NCBI GenBank assembly: GCA_013416795.1
Contig: RQSC01000004.1
Span: forward strand, 500,854-564,853
DNA length: 64,000 nucleotides
Origin: Prasinococcaceae sp. CCMP 1430
Lineage: Eukaryota; Plantae; Prasinodermophyta
Reading direction: 5' to 3'
Part shown: positions 14,411 through 23,017 of the stretch, piece by piece
How positions within the stretch are numbered: the stretch's first letter is position 1
How the letters are laid out: each line of letters opens with the position of its first letter
Made by a program: the position numbers and the translations under genes
The notes under the pieces: generated by a model
Database searches by the model: none
The model's input: only the letters and a program-made list of their open reading frames with translations
What the model was told of the DNA's origin: nothing

Positions 14411-15682
14411 TTAGGCCGACGCGGGCGGCACGAAGACGTACATGTCCTTCCCCTCGGGCCCCGCCTTGGCGGGCTCCTTCTTGACGGCGATGCACTGGCG
14501 CGCGACGCGCCACATGGCCTTGTGCACGGGCGTGGGGTCGTAGAGGTAGTACTCCGGGAAGGTCGTCTTGAGCGCCTCGGTGGCCTTCTTGGCATGGTAG
14601 TGGGGGATGGTGCAGTCGACGTGGTGGGCGACGTGCGTCGAGCCGATGCGGTGGTGCAGGAAGTCGAAGACGGGGCCGTAGGGGCGATCGATGGTCATGA
14701 GAGCGCCCTTGATGAAGTTCCAGTCCTTCTGCTCGAAGTGCGGCACGTCGGTGTCGGTGTGCTGCAGCCACGTGTAGAGCACCAGCCAGACGTTGGTGAA
14801 GGTGAGTGGCAGCGCGTACACGCACAGCACCTTGGCGATGCCCGCCACCGACGCCCACTTGGCGAGCCCCAGCGCCATAGCGACGATGCCCACGTCGGAG
14901 AGCCACACCTTCTTCTTCCACTGCTTCGACTCGAAGAGCGCGTCCGAGAAGGGCCGCGTGGGGATGAAGTGGTTGGTGGTGCCGCGCGAGGTGCCGCCCG
15001 TGGCGCCCCACAGCAGGTACGCCGGCCAGCCGAACACCAGGTGCGAGAACAGCCTGAACACCGCGTAGGGCGCGCCCACCTTGCCCATGAGCTTCACCTT
15101 GCCCTCGCCCTTGGCGTCGTACTGGTAGGGCACGTGCGTCTCGCCGTCCACCGTGTGGTTCGTCTTGGAGTGGTGGATGGCGTGCGACCGCTGCCACGAG
15201 AAGTACGGCACGAGCAGCGCGGTGTGCAGGATGTACCCCACGGTGTCCTGCAGCTTGCGGTTGTTGGAGAAGGCGTTGTGGCCGCACTCGTGCGCGATCA
15301 CCCAGCAGCCGGTGGCCACCGTGCCCGTCACGGCGCCGTAGAGCAGCCACAGCGGCGCCGCCGCCCACGTCATCGGGATGAGGCCGCTCAGGCCCACCGC
15401 GCCGCACGCGAGCGTCATGGCGGTGGAGGTCGCCGCGTACGCCATCGAGCGCAGGGTGTCCTTCTCGAAGCACTCCTTGGGGATGGAGTCGATCACCTCC
15501 TTGCGCGAGGGGAACTCGGTCGCCGCCGCGCGGATCGCCTGGCCGTTCATCCCCGACATCAACACGGGCACGCCAGGGAGGACCTCCTCCACCGTCGGCA
15601 GGGCCGCCACCGCCGCGGCGGCGGCGGCGTCAGTGCCGGCCTCACCGCCCGCGACGGTAGGCAGGGTTTCCACGGCGACCTG
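14411..15682 (-). CDS. Membrane fatty acid desaturase, delta-12/omega-6 (FAD2-like); start exon not found
   Basis: His boxes HECGH, HAIHH, HVAHH; LVPYFSWQRSHAIHHSKTNH..GETHVP; TIDRPYG; LYDPTP. Begins at an acceptor-like ctcactcag| with no in-frame ATG upstream of the homologous N-terminus other than internal Met. Confidence 0.92.
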   Translation of the reverse strand, partial: QVAVETLPTVAGGEAGTDAAAAAAVAALPTVEEVLPGVPVLMSGMNGQAIRAAATEFPSRKEVIDSIPKECFEKDTLRSMAYAATSTAMTLACGAVGLSGLIPMTWAAAPLWLLYGAVTGTVATGCWVIAHECGHNAFSNNRKLQDTVGYILHTALLVPYFSWQRSHAIHHSKTNHTVDGETHVPYQYDAKGEGKVKLMGKVGAPYAVFRLFSHLVFGWPAYLLWGATGGTSRGTTNHFIPTRPFSDALFESKQWKKKVWLSDVGIVAMALGLAKWASVAGIAKVLCVYALPLTFTNVWLVLYTWLQHTDTDVPHFEQKDWNFIKGALMTIDRPYGPVFDFLHHRIGSTHVAHHVDCTIPHYHAKKATEALKTTFPEYYLYDPTPVHKAMWRVARQCIAVKKEPAKAGPEGKDMYVFVPPASA

Positions 15683-15687
15683 AGTGA

Positions 15688-18516
15688 GGACGAGCGCCGC
15701 GCGCTGGTGGCCTCGGCGGTGGGCGAGGGGGGAGTGGCCGCGGGCGCGGCCGCGGCCGCAGCGCGCGGCCGCTGGGCCGCACGGAGAAGGCCAAGGCGGC
15801 GCGCGAGCGAGAGCAGGAGGAAATCGCGCAGCTCGAGGCGGTGCTCTCTGGCACGGACCCTCACGACATCGTCGCGAGCCTGCGAGCGTCGGCTACCGCA
15901 CCTCGCGGCGGCGATGGGGAGAGCGCATCCATCACCGGACACGGCGCGTTCGCGGACCTGCCGCTGTCGGAGCGGACGCAGTCAGCACTCGCGGCAGCGG
16001 GCTTCGAGTCGCTCACCGCCATCCAGGCGGCGACGCTGCCGCTCGCGCTCGCCGGGCGCGACGTGCTCGGCGCGGCCAAGACGGGCTCGGGAAAGTCGCT
16101 GGCATTTCTGATTCCCGTGGTGGAGCGCCTGTACCGGCTGCGCTGGACGCGCCAGGACGGAGTGGGCGCGCTCGTGCTCTCGCCCACGCGCGAGCTCGCC
16201 AAGCAGATATTCGTCGAGCTGCGCAAGGTGGCCAACCAGCACACGTTGACCGCCGCCCTGCTCACCGGTGGCAAGGACGTGCTCATGGAGCGCCAGGCGG
16301 TCGCCAGCACCAACGTGGTGGTCGCGACGCCCGGCCGCCTGCTGCAACACATGGACGAGAGCCCCGAGTTCGACACGGGGCGAGTGGAGGTGCTCGTGCT
16401 CGACGAGGCTGACCGCTGCCTTGACATGGGCTTTGCTGCGGCGCTCGAGGCCATCCTGGAAAACATCCCGCGCGGGCGCCAGACGCTGCTCTTCTCGGCC
16501 ACGCAGACGAAGTCCGTCAAGAGCCTCGCGCGTCTCAGCCTGCGCTCGCCCGAGTACGTCTCCGTGCACGAGGCCGCCGCCGCGCCCACCCCCGTCAGCC
16601 TCAAGCAGGCGTACACCACGTGCAACCTCGAGCAAAAGGTGGAGGTGCTTCTGTCGTTCGTGCGCTCGCATCGGCAGGTCAAGACGGTGGTGTTCATGAC
16701 CAGTTGCAAGCAGGTGCAATTCATGACCGACCTGCTCAAGCGCCTGCGGCCGGGCGTGAGCGTGCAGTGCCTGCACGGGCGCATGAAGCAGCCGCGGCGC
16801 GCGGCCACGGTTGAAAAGTTCGCCAACGAGCCCGCGATGCTGCTGCTTGCGACAGATGTCGCCGCGCGTGGCCTCGACTTTCCGGCGGTCGACTGGGTGC
16901 TGCAGATGGATTGCCCCGAGGACGTGGACCAATACATCCACCGAGTGGGGCGCACTTCGCGAGCTGGGCGCGACGGCTCTGCGCTGCTTCTTCTCACCCC
17001 GCGCGAGGGCCCGCCCTTTCTGGAGCGCCTGCGCGCCCGCGGCGTGCCCATCCGGGGCACGAAGCTCAACCTGGCCCAGGCGCAGCCGGGCGCGGCCGCC
17101 CCGCTGGAGGGGCCGGACCACAAAGGCCGCAAGGCGTTCAACGCAGCGGGGAAGGTGGCGAGCGCGGTCGCGCAGGACGCGAAGCTCAAGGAGGGTGCCG
17201 CCAAGGCCTTTGGATCGTACCTCAAGAGCGTGACGCAGCTAGGCGACCCCGCCGTTTTCGAGCGAGACATCACCAAGTACCCTTTGGAGAAGTTCGCCTT
17301 GAGCCTTGGCATGCCCTCCGTGCCGAGGTCGCGCTTCCTCAAGGCGGCGCTGCGGGAGGCTGGGGGCGGCACGGGCGGCGTGGATGGCGAGGGCGCCGAC
17401 GGCGCCAATGGTGATGGCAGCGACGCTGACAGTGGCGACGAGCGCGAGCTTGAGCGCGGCGATGGCGCCGGCCTGTTCGACCGAGCCGGCGGCAGCGACG
17501 GAAGCGACGGGAGTGACGCCGAGGGCGAGGGCGGCGATGTGTTCGCGATGCGCCGCCGCGACGTGCAGGATGAGGACATCGACAAGGCGCTTGCGAGCGA
17601 GGGGCTTGTGCACGTCGCTGGACCGAAGAACGACAAGAAGCGCAAGCGCCAGCGCATAACGAACGATGGCAAGATCAAGTCGTTTGCGGGCACGAAGGTT
17701 GTGTTCAACGAGGAGGGCGACGCGCTCGATCCCCTTGCGCTCCTCTCGCAGACGGGCCTCGAGGAGGCCAAGGAAGAGGCTCGTGCCAAGCGTACGCGCG
17801 AGGAAACGCAGGGGGGGCTGGTCAACACTGCGCTGCTGCTGGGAGAAGAGAAAGAGGCTGAGGAGCGACGACAGATGCTGGCTGCGCGCGGTGCAGGTGG
17901 CAAGAAGAGCACCAAGATCACCTTCGACTACAGCGACGCCAGCGAAAGCGAGGGCGAGGGCGACGACAGGGACGGCTCCGACGATGACAACGTCAGCGAT
18001 GACAGCGAGGGCGAAGAAGCGCAGCCCATGGAGTACGAGAGCGAGGAGGAGGGAGACGAATTTGTGAAGGCGCGTGCTCGCCCAGCGCCAGCGGGCGTCG
18101 ACTCGGACAAGGTCTCCTCTCACTTCGCCGCCCTGCGCGCGCGCATAAAGGAGGCGGACGCCGAGGATGTGGCCACGCTCAAGGCCCGTCTCAAGGAGCA
18201 GCGCCTCAAGAAGAAGAACAAGCTCAAGGCCCTTGCGGGCGACGAGCCAGCGCAGGCCATGCTGGCCGACGAGGACGGTGGAATGGTCACGCTCGGCGGC
18301 GCGGAGTACTCTGACGAGAGCAGCGAGTCTGAAGGCGATGACAGTGATCGTGAGCGCAGCGGTGGCGAGGGTGGGCGCAGCTCCGACTCCAGCAGTGAAG
18401 ACGACAGCGAGGACGAGGAGGACACGCGCTTCGGCGCACGGCAGCGCCGCGCGGCTGCCGCGGCTGCGAGCATCCAAGACCAGGAGGCGCTGGCACTCAA
18501 GATGCTGCGCCGCTGA
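15688..18516 (+). CDS. DDX10: DEAD-box RNA helicase DDX10/Dbp4 (18S rRNA biogenesis); start codon not visible
   Basis: Q motif FADLPLS, GAAKTGSGKSLAF, SPTRELA, VLDEADRCLDMGF, FSATQ, ATDVAARGLDFP, YIHRVGRTSR, ALSLGMPSVPR, acidic/basic C-terminus ending EALALKML. Reading frame open from the TGA at 15685 with no ATG in the N-terminal ~190 codons. Confidence 0.93.
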   Translation, partial: GRAPRAGGLGGGRGGSGRGRGRGRSARPLGRTEKAKAAREREQEEIAQLEAVLSGTDPHDIVASLRASATAPRGGDGESASITGHGAFADLPLSERTQSALAAAGFESLTAIQAATLPLALAGRDVLGAAKTGSGKSLAFLIPVVERLYRLRWTRQDGVGALVLSPTRELAKQIFVELRKVANQHTLTAALLTGGKDVLMERQAVASTNVVVATPGRLLQHMDESPEFDTGRVEVLVLDEADRCLDMGFAAALEAILENIPRGRQTLLFSATQTKSVKSLARLSLRSPEYVSVHEAAAAPTPVSLKQAYTTCNLEQKVEVLLSFVRSHRQVKTVVFMTSCKQVQFMTDLLKRLRPGVSVQCLHGRMKQPRRAATVEKFANEPAMLLLATDVAARGLDFPAVDWVLQMDCPEDVDQYIHRVGRTSRAGRDGSALLLLTPREGPPFLERLRARGVPIRGTKLNLAQAQPGAAAPLEGPDHKGRKAFNAAGKVASAVAQDAKLKEGAAKAFGSYLKSVTQLGDPAVFERDITKYPLEKFALSLGMPSVPRSRFLKAALREAGGGTGGVDGEGADGANGDGSDADSGDERELERGDGAGLFDRAGGSDGSDGSDAEGEGGDVFAMRRRDVQDEDIDKALASEGLVHVAGPKNDKKRKRQRITNDGKIKSFAGTKVVFNEEGDALDPLALLSQTGLEEAKEEARAKRTREETQGGLVNTALLLGEEKEAEERRQMLAARGAGGKKSTKITFDYSDASESEGEGDDRDGSDDDNVSDDSEGEEAQPMEYESEEEGDEFVKARARPAPAGVDSDKVSSHFAALRARIKEADAEDVATLKARLKEQRLKKKNKLKALAGDEPAQAMLADEDGGMVTLGGAEYSDESSESEGDDSDRERSGGEGGRSSDSSSEDDSEDEEDTRFGARQRRAAAAAASIQDQEALALKMLRR

Positions 18517-18613
18517 CGTGAGTAACATATGTTTGTGTGTACGCAGGACGTCGCGTCGGCGCGGCTCAGTAGCGTGGTGTATTATGGCAATGTGCACACC
18601 GCAGCACGCGCGC

Positions 18614-20374
18614 TCAGCCGCTCGCCTCGACGAGTCGCAATTTGCCGTCTTGGAGCGATACGCTGCTGCCACCGGTCGACGCGCGCTTTCCCTTTTTGCT
18701 CTTGGTCAGCTTCTTGACCAATGCGAGCCCCACGGCCTTGGCGTCGTAGCGCCTGCTCTTGTTCTTGCCAAGCGCCTTCCGAATTACTGCCGTGGCTAGG
18801 GCCTCGGGGCTCAGGCCGACGCCGCGGCCACCCTCCGCGAGCGCCTGCACCGCAAGCGCGCCGGCGTCGTGTTTCGAGGGAAGCTTGGTCTTGAGCTCCT
18901 TGCCGCTGCTTGCCGCGCGCTCGGCCGCCTTGGCCGCATGCTTTGCTGCGGCAGCTTCCGCCTTCGCGGCCGCCTTTGCAGCCCTCTTCGCCGCCTTCGC
19001 CTCGGCCTTCGACGCGCGCTTTGCTGCCTTGGCCTCAGCCTTCTCGGCCTTGGCCCCGGCCTTTCCCGGCGCCTTGGAATCCCTCTTTGCTCCTCCAGAG
19101 CCGCGGGCTGGCGCTGCGTCGAATTTGTCGACGTACTTCTTCGATGCTTCGATTGCCTCCCGGAAGTCGCGCTCGCGCTGCGCGCGCTGCTGTGCAAGCT
19201 TGGCGGCGACGGCGGCCTTCTTCGCACGCTTCGCTTCCTTCGCGGCCGTCTTGGCGGCCTTGTCCTTGGACTTGGCCTTCTTGGGCACGGGATTCTCCTC
19301 CGCAGCGGCTTCGTCCCCCTCGACCTCCTCGAAGACCACCTTGGTGCCCGTCCAGCGCAGCTCCTTGCCCACCTTGAGCGCGACATTCGCGCCGCAGCGC
19401 CCAAGGCCGTGTCGGCCGCCAGTGTTGGCGTCGTGTGCCGAGTTGAAGAGCGCCTCCTGGTCACCCTCGGTGAAACCGCGACCGTTGCGTGCCTTTGCCT
19501 GCTCGCCTGCGCCCAGCCCGCCCGCGCGCACGAAAATACGACGCCCCCACCAATCGTCCGGCAGTGGCGGGAACTTCATACCCATGCTCGCTGGCTCGGC
19601 GAGCTCCTCCCCGTCCTTAGAAACCCCTGCGCCCTTTTCTGCGTCCTTGCCTCCCTCAGCGTGAAGCTTCCTCCGCTTAGGTGCGGCATCGCCCGCCTCC
19701 GCCGCGGAGGGCGCCTGCGTGGCGGGCTGCCCGCCCCCGTCGCCGCTGACGCGAGGACCCTGCGCGGCCGAGCGCGCCTCTGCCTGCGCGGCCGCGCGCT
19801 CCTCCATCGCGCGGATGCGCGCCATCTTGCCCTCTCGTCCGCTGAAGCGTCCTATCCACGGCTGCTTGTCGGCGCGCAGCGCGCGGTTGATGGCGGCTTC
19901 CTCAGCGCTCATGGTCGCCGCGGTTCCGTCCGCATGCATGCCGGCGATGCGCGCGCCGTCGTCAGCGTCGCTGTCGCTGTCGCTGTCGCTGTCACTGTCG
20001 CTGTCAGAGGAGTCGTCATCGCTGTCGCTGTCACTGCCGGACGATTCGCTGTCGCTGCCATCGTCCGAGGAGTCGCTGCCGCTGCCACTGCTGGCCTTCT
20101 TCTTCTTCTTGGCTTTGATGCCCTTGGCGGCCGAGTTGAACACGCCCTCCCACCACTTGGCGCCCCAGTCGTACGCCTGCGCGTCGGTCCCTACGCCGCG
20201 CTGGTCCTCGCGCTTCTTCACGCGCAGCGCCTCGGCGATGCCCTGCTCGTCCTTGCCGAGGCCCTTTCCCTTGGCGTAGCCGAACTTGGCGAGGTAGGCG
20301 GCGCCGAAGCCCTTGTGCAGACCCTCGGTCGCCTTCCGCTCCGTCTCGAGCACGGTCGGCCCGCGCAGCTTCAT
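18614..20374 (-). CDS. G-patch domain protein, GPATCH4/PINX1-like (nucleolar), Ser/Asp- and Lys/Ala-rich
   Basis: FGAAYLAKFGYAKGKGLGKDEQGIAEALRVKKREDQRGVG then DWGAKWWEGVFNSAA. Confidence 0.85.
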   Translation of the reverse strand: MKLRGPTVLETERKATEGLHKGFGAAYLAKFGYAKGKGLGKDEQGIAEALRVKKREDQRGVGTDAQAYDWGAKWWEGVFNSAAKGIKAKKKKKASSGSGSDSSDDGSDSESSGSDSDSDDDSSDSDSDSDSDSDSDADDGARIAGMHADGTAATMSAEEAAINRALRADKQPWIGRFSGREGKMARIRAMEERAAAQAEARSAAQGPRVSGDGGGQPATQAPSAAEAGDAAPKRRKLHAEGGKDAEKGAGVSKDGEELAEPASMGMKFPPLPDDWWGRRIFVRAGGLGAGEQAKARNGRGFTEGDQEALFNSAHDANTGGRHGLGRCGANVALKVGKELRWTGTKVVFEEVEGDEAAAEENPVPKKAKSKDKAAKTAAKEAKRAKKAAVAAKLAQQRAQRERDFREAIEASKKYVDKFDAAPARGSGGAKRDSKAPGKAGAKAEKAEAKAAKRASKAEAKAAKRAAKAAAKAEAAAAKHAAKAAERAASSGKELKTKLPSKHDAGALAVQALAEGGRGVGLSPEALATAVIRKALGKNKSRRYDAKAVGLALVKKLTKSKKGKRASTGGSSVSLQDGKLRLVEASG

Positions 20375-20629
20375 CACGAGCGCTGCGGCCGCCAGGCGCC
20401 TCCCGCGCCTTCTCCCCCCCCCCCCTTCCCGCGTGCGGGAGCCTCTGAGCGGGCCGCGCCACCCAGGAGCGCGCGCTCCCTCCGCGCAGGCCTCTCGCGC
20501 GCCCTTCGGCGAGCCGCTGCGCCGGCCCAGGCGCGCGCGCTGTGGCGCCTCGCCGCGGCGCCGCGCCGGCCGCCAGCCGCCGCGCCCGGCGGCTCCAAAG
20601 TCGCGGAATACTCGAACGGGAAATCGACG

Positions 20630-20830
20630 TCTCTCGAAAACGAAAAAAACGGCGCCACGGATATGAAATGATGCAGCAAGCGTGGCCAAGCAAGAAATAC
20701 GTGAACCCTTTAAAATACCCCAAATAGTAACCCTAACTCTGGGGCACCGCACTCTCCTTCGGGTGTCGTTCGGCAACGCCCCTGCACAACGTGTGGGTGT
20801 TTGGGGCAGAAACTCAACCCAAACCTCATT
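20630..20830. promoter_or_regulatory. Divergent promoter between the GPATCH4-like and GS-like genes, with A-tracts and a telo-box
   Basis: cgaaaacgaaaaaaac at ~20635; aaccctaa at 20729; locally low GC. Confidence 0.55.
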
Positions 20831-21119
20831 GGGTGGGAGAGCGCGCGGTATTTGATTTCAAAGTGAGAGAGGAGCTGCGTTTGTTGGAGACCCTGATTTG
20901 TCCGGGCCGCACACGCGCGGGCGGGTAGCAGCAGTAACGACTGCGCGCGCTCGCGCGCTTCTGCCGCTCGATGTGCCACGCCGGGCGCCACATCGCTCGC
21001 CGCTCACCGCACGTCGCGCGGCGAGTGACTGAGAGCCGCGGGGCAGAGACCGCCCGGAGCCGAAGGACGAAGAGCCGCGCGCACGCGCGCGCGCCGGGGC
21101 GCTGCAGGGCGCGGCGGCG

Positions 21120-22866
21120 ATGGAGCGGCGCGGGAGCTCTGGCTCGGGCCGCTTTGGCGCGTCCCCATCGATGCGGCGGGAGGGTCCCGCGCTGTGGGAG
21201 GCAGCCGCGCGGCACATCTTCTCGCCGACGGCGGCGCCACTGCCGCCCGAGGTGTCGCGCGCTGAGTACATGCGATTCGAGAGCGCCGACTTCCACGGCA
21301 TCGGCCGCTCCAAGACGGTGCCCATGCGCAACGCGCACAAGCCCGTGTTCCTGTACAGCGGCGCGGCGGCCATGGGCCCGCGCAGCGCGCTCTCGACGCC
21401 GCCCGAGGTGAAGGCGCTCGGATGCCCGAACACGCAGATCATCCCCGACTGGAGCACCGCGCGGCTCGTCGAGCACGCGCCGGGGCGCCCCACGGCGCGC
21501 GTGCTGTGCGATCAGACGTGGACGGACGGGCGGCCCATGCCGAGCTGCCCGCGGCACGTCCTGCGCACCGCGCTCGAGTCGCTGGCAGCCACGGCGCCCG
21601 AAGGCGCGGAGAGCGAGGGTGCCAAGCTGCTTGCGGCGTGCGAGTACGAGTTCACGCTATGCGACGTGGCGCCCGCCAACGGCGACGATGACGGCGGCGG
21701 CCTGACGTTGACCCCCGCCTTCGGCGGCGTGGACATATTCAACACGATGCAGACTGCAAAGACGGCCGAGTTTCAACAGGAGCTCGACCGCTCGCTGCTC
21801 ACCATGGGTGTTGATCTGCAGACACTCAACGCGGAGTACGGCGTGGGACAGCTCGAGATCACCTACTCGCCCCACTTCGGCCTGGACGCTGGCGATGCCG
21901 CCTTCACCTTCAAGGGCGCGGTCAAGGAGATCGCGCAGAGCCACGGGCGCCGTGCGACGTTCATGACGCGGCCCTTCGCGGACGCCGATGGCGCCTCGAA
22001 CGGTGGCCATACGAACATGTCCGTGTGGTGCGGCGAGACCAACCTGTTGCAGGACGACGACGCGCCGGACGGCCTGAGCGAGTACGGGCGACACTTCCTG
22101 GCGGGCATGCTCGAACACGCGCGCGCGCTGCAGGCGCTGGCGGCGCCAACGGTCAACTGCTACCACCGCGTGCAGCTCGACTCTTGGGCTCCGGTGGTGG
22201 CCTCGTGGGGCTTTGACAACCGCACGTGCATGGTGCGCGTAAAGACGCCAAAGACATGCCCCGGCTGCGCATCGGCCTACTTCGAGTGGCGACAGCCGGG
22301 CTCGGCCGCCAATCCGTACATCGTGCTGGCCGGCGCTGTCGCCGCGGGCGTCGACGGCGTCCAGCGCAAGCTCGGGCCGAATCTCCCGCCGCCGGCCAGT
22401 GGCTACCACTACGACGCCGTGCGGGGCGATGCTGCGGCCAAGACGGAGCACGAGTGGATCCCCACGTCGCTGCGCGGGGCGCTCGACGCGTTCAAGCAGG
22501 TAAGCGCCGCGCGAGCCCGAGCGCGCGCACGTCGCTCCCGCGAGCACCCCGGTGCAGCCCGCTACCGCGGAGGCGCAGGCGTGCGCAAAGGCACACACGT
22601 ACACGCACATAGTGGCGCGAGCGCACGTGCAGGCACTGACGCCCGCGCGATTTGCCGCATGTGCCTAGGACGAGGTCCTGCAGCGCGCAATGGGCTCGGC
22701 CTTCTGCTCATGGTTCTGCCTGGTCAAGGAGGACGAGCTCGCTTCCTTCCCTGAGAAATTCATGCAGCAAGATCGGGACAAGGCGCAAGAGGTGCTCGTG
22801 GATAGTAGTTGCGGGGCGGACGAGCTCGCACAGCACTGCCGCAGACTCTATAGCGAGTACATATGA
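21120..22866 (+). CDS. Glutamine synthetase class I-like (lengsin/GlnA3-4/PuuA-like) ligase; intron 22500-22668
   Basis: RFESADFHGIGRSKTVP, CPRHVL, ACEYEF, NAEYGVGQLEI, TFMTRPF, SNGGH, PTVNCYHR, SWAP, WGFDNRTCMVR, FEWRQPGSAANPY, IPTSL; splice gives AFKQ|DEVLQRAMG. Confidence 0.92.
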
Positions 22867-23017
22867 TGCTGCCGCGCGCAGAGCGTGCGCGTCCCCGCGA
22901 GCGAGGCATTCGCCACGAGCTCCACGACCAACATATTACTTGCGTTTCATTAGTCCGCGGCGCGCCGCGCGCGCGCGGCGAGCGCGGCCATCCACCGCGC
23001 CCCTGTTTCCTCGCGCC

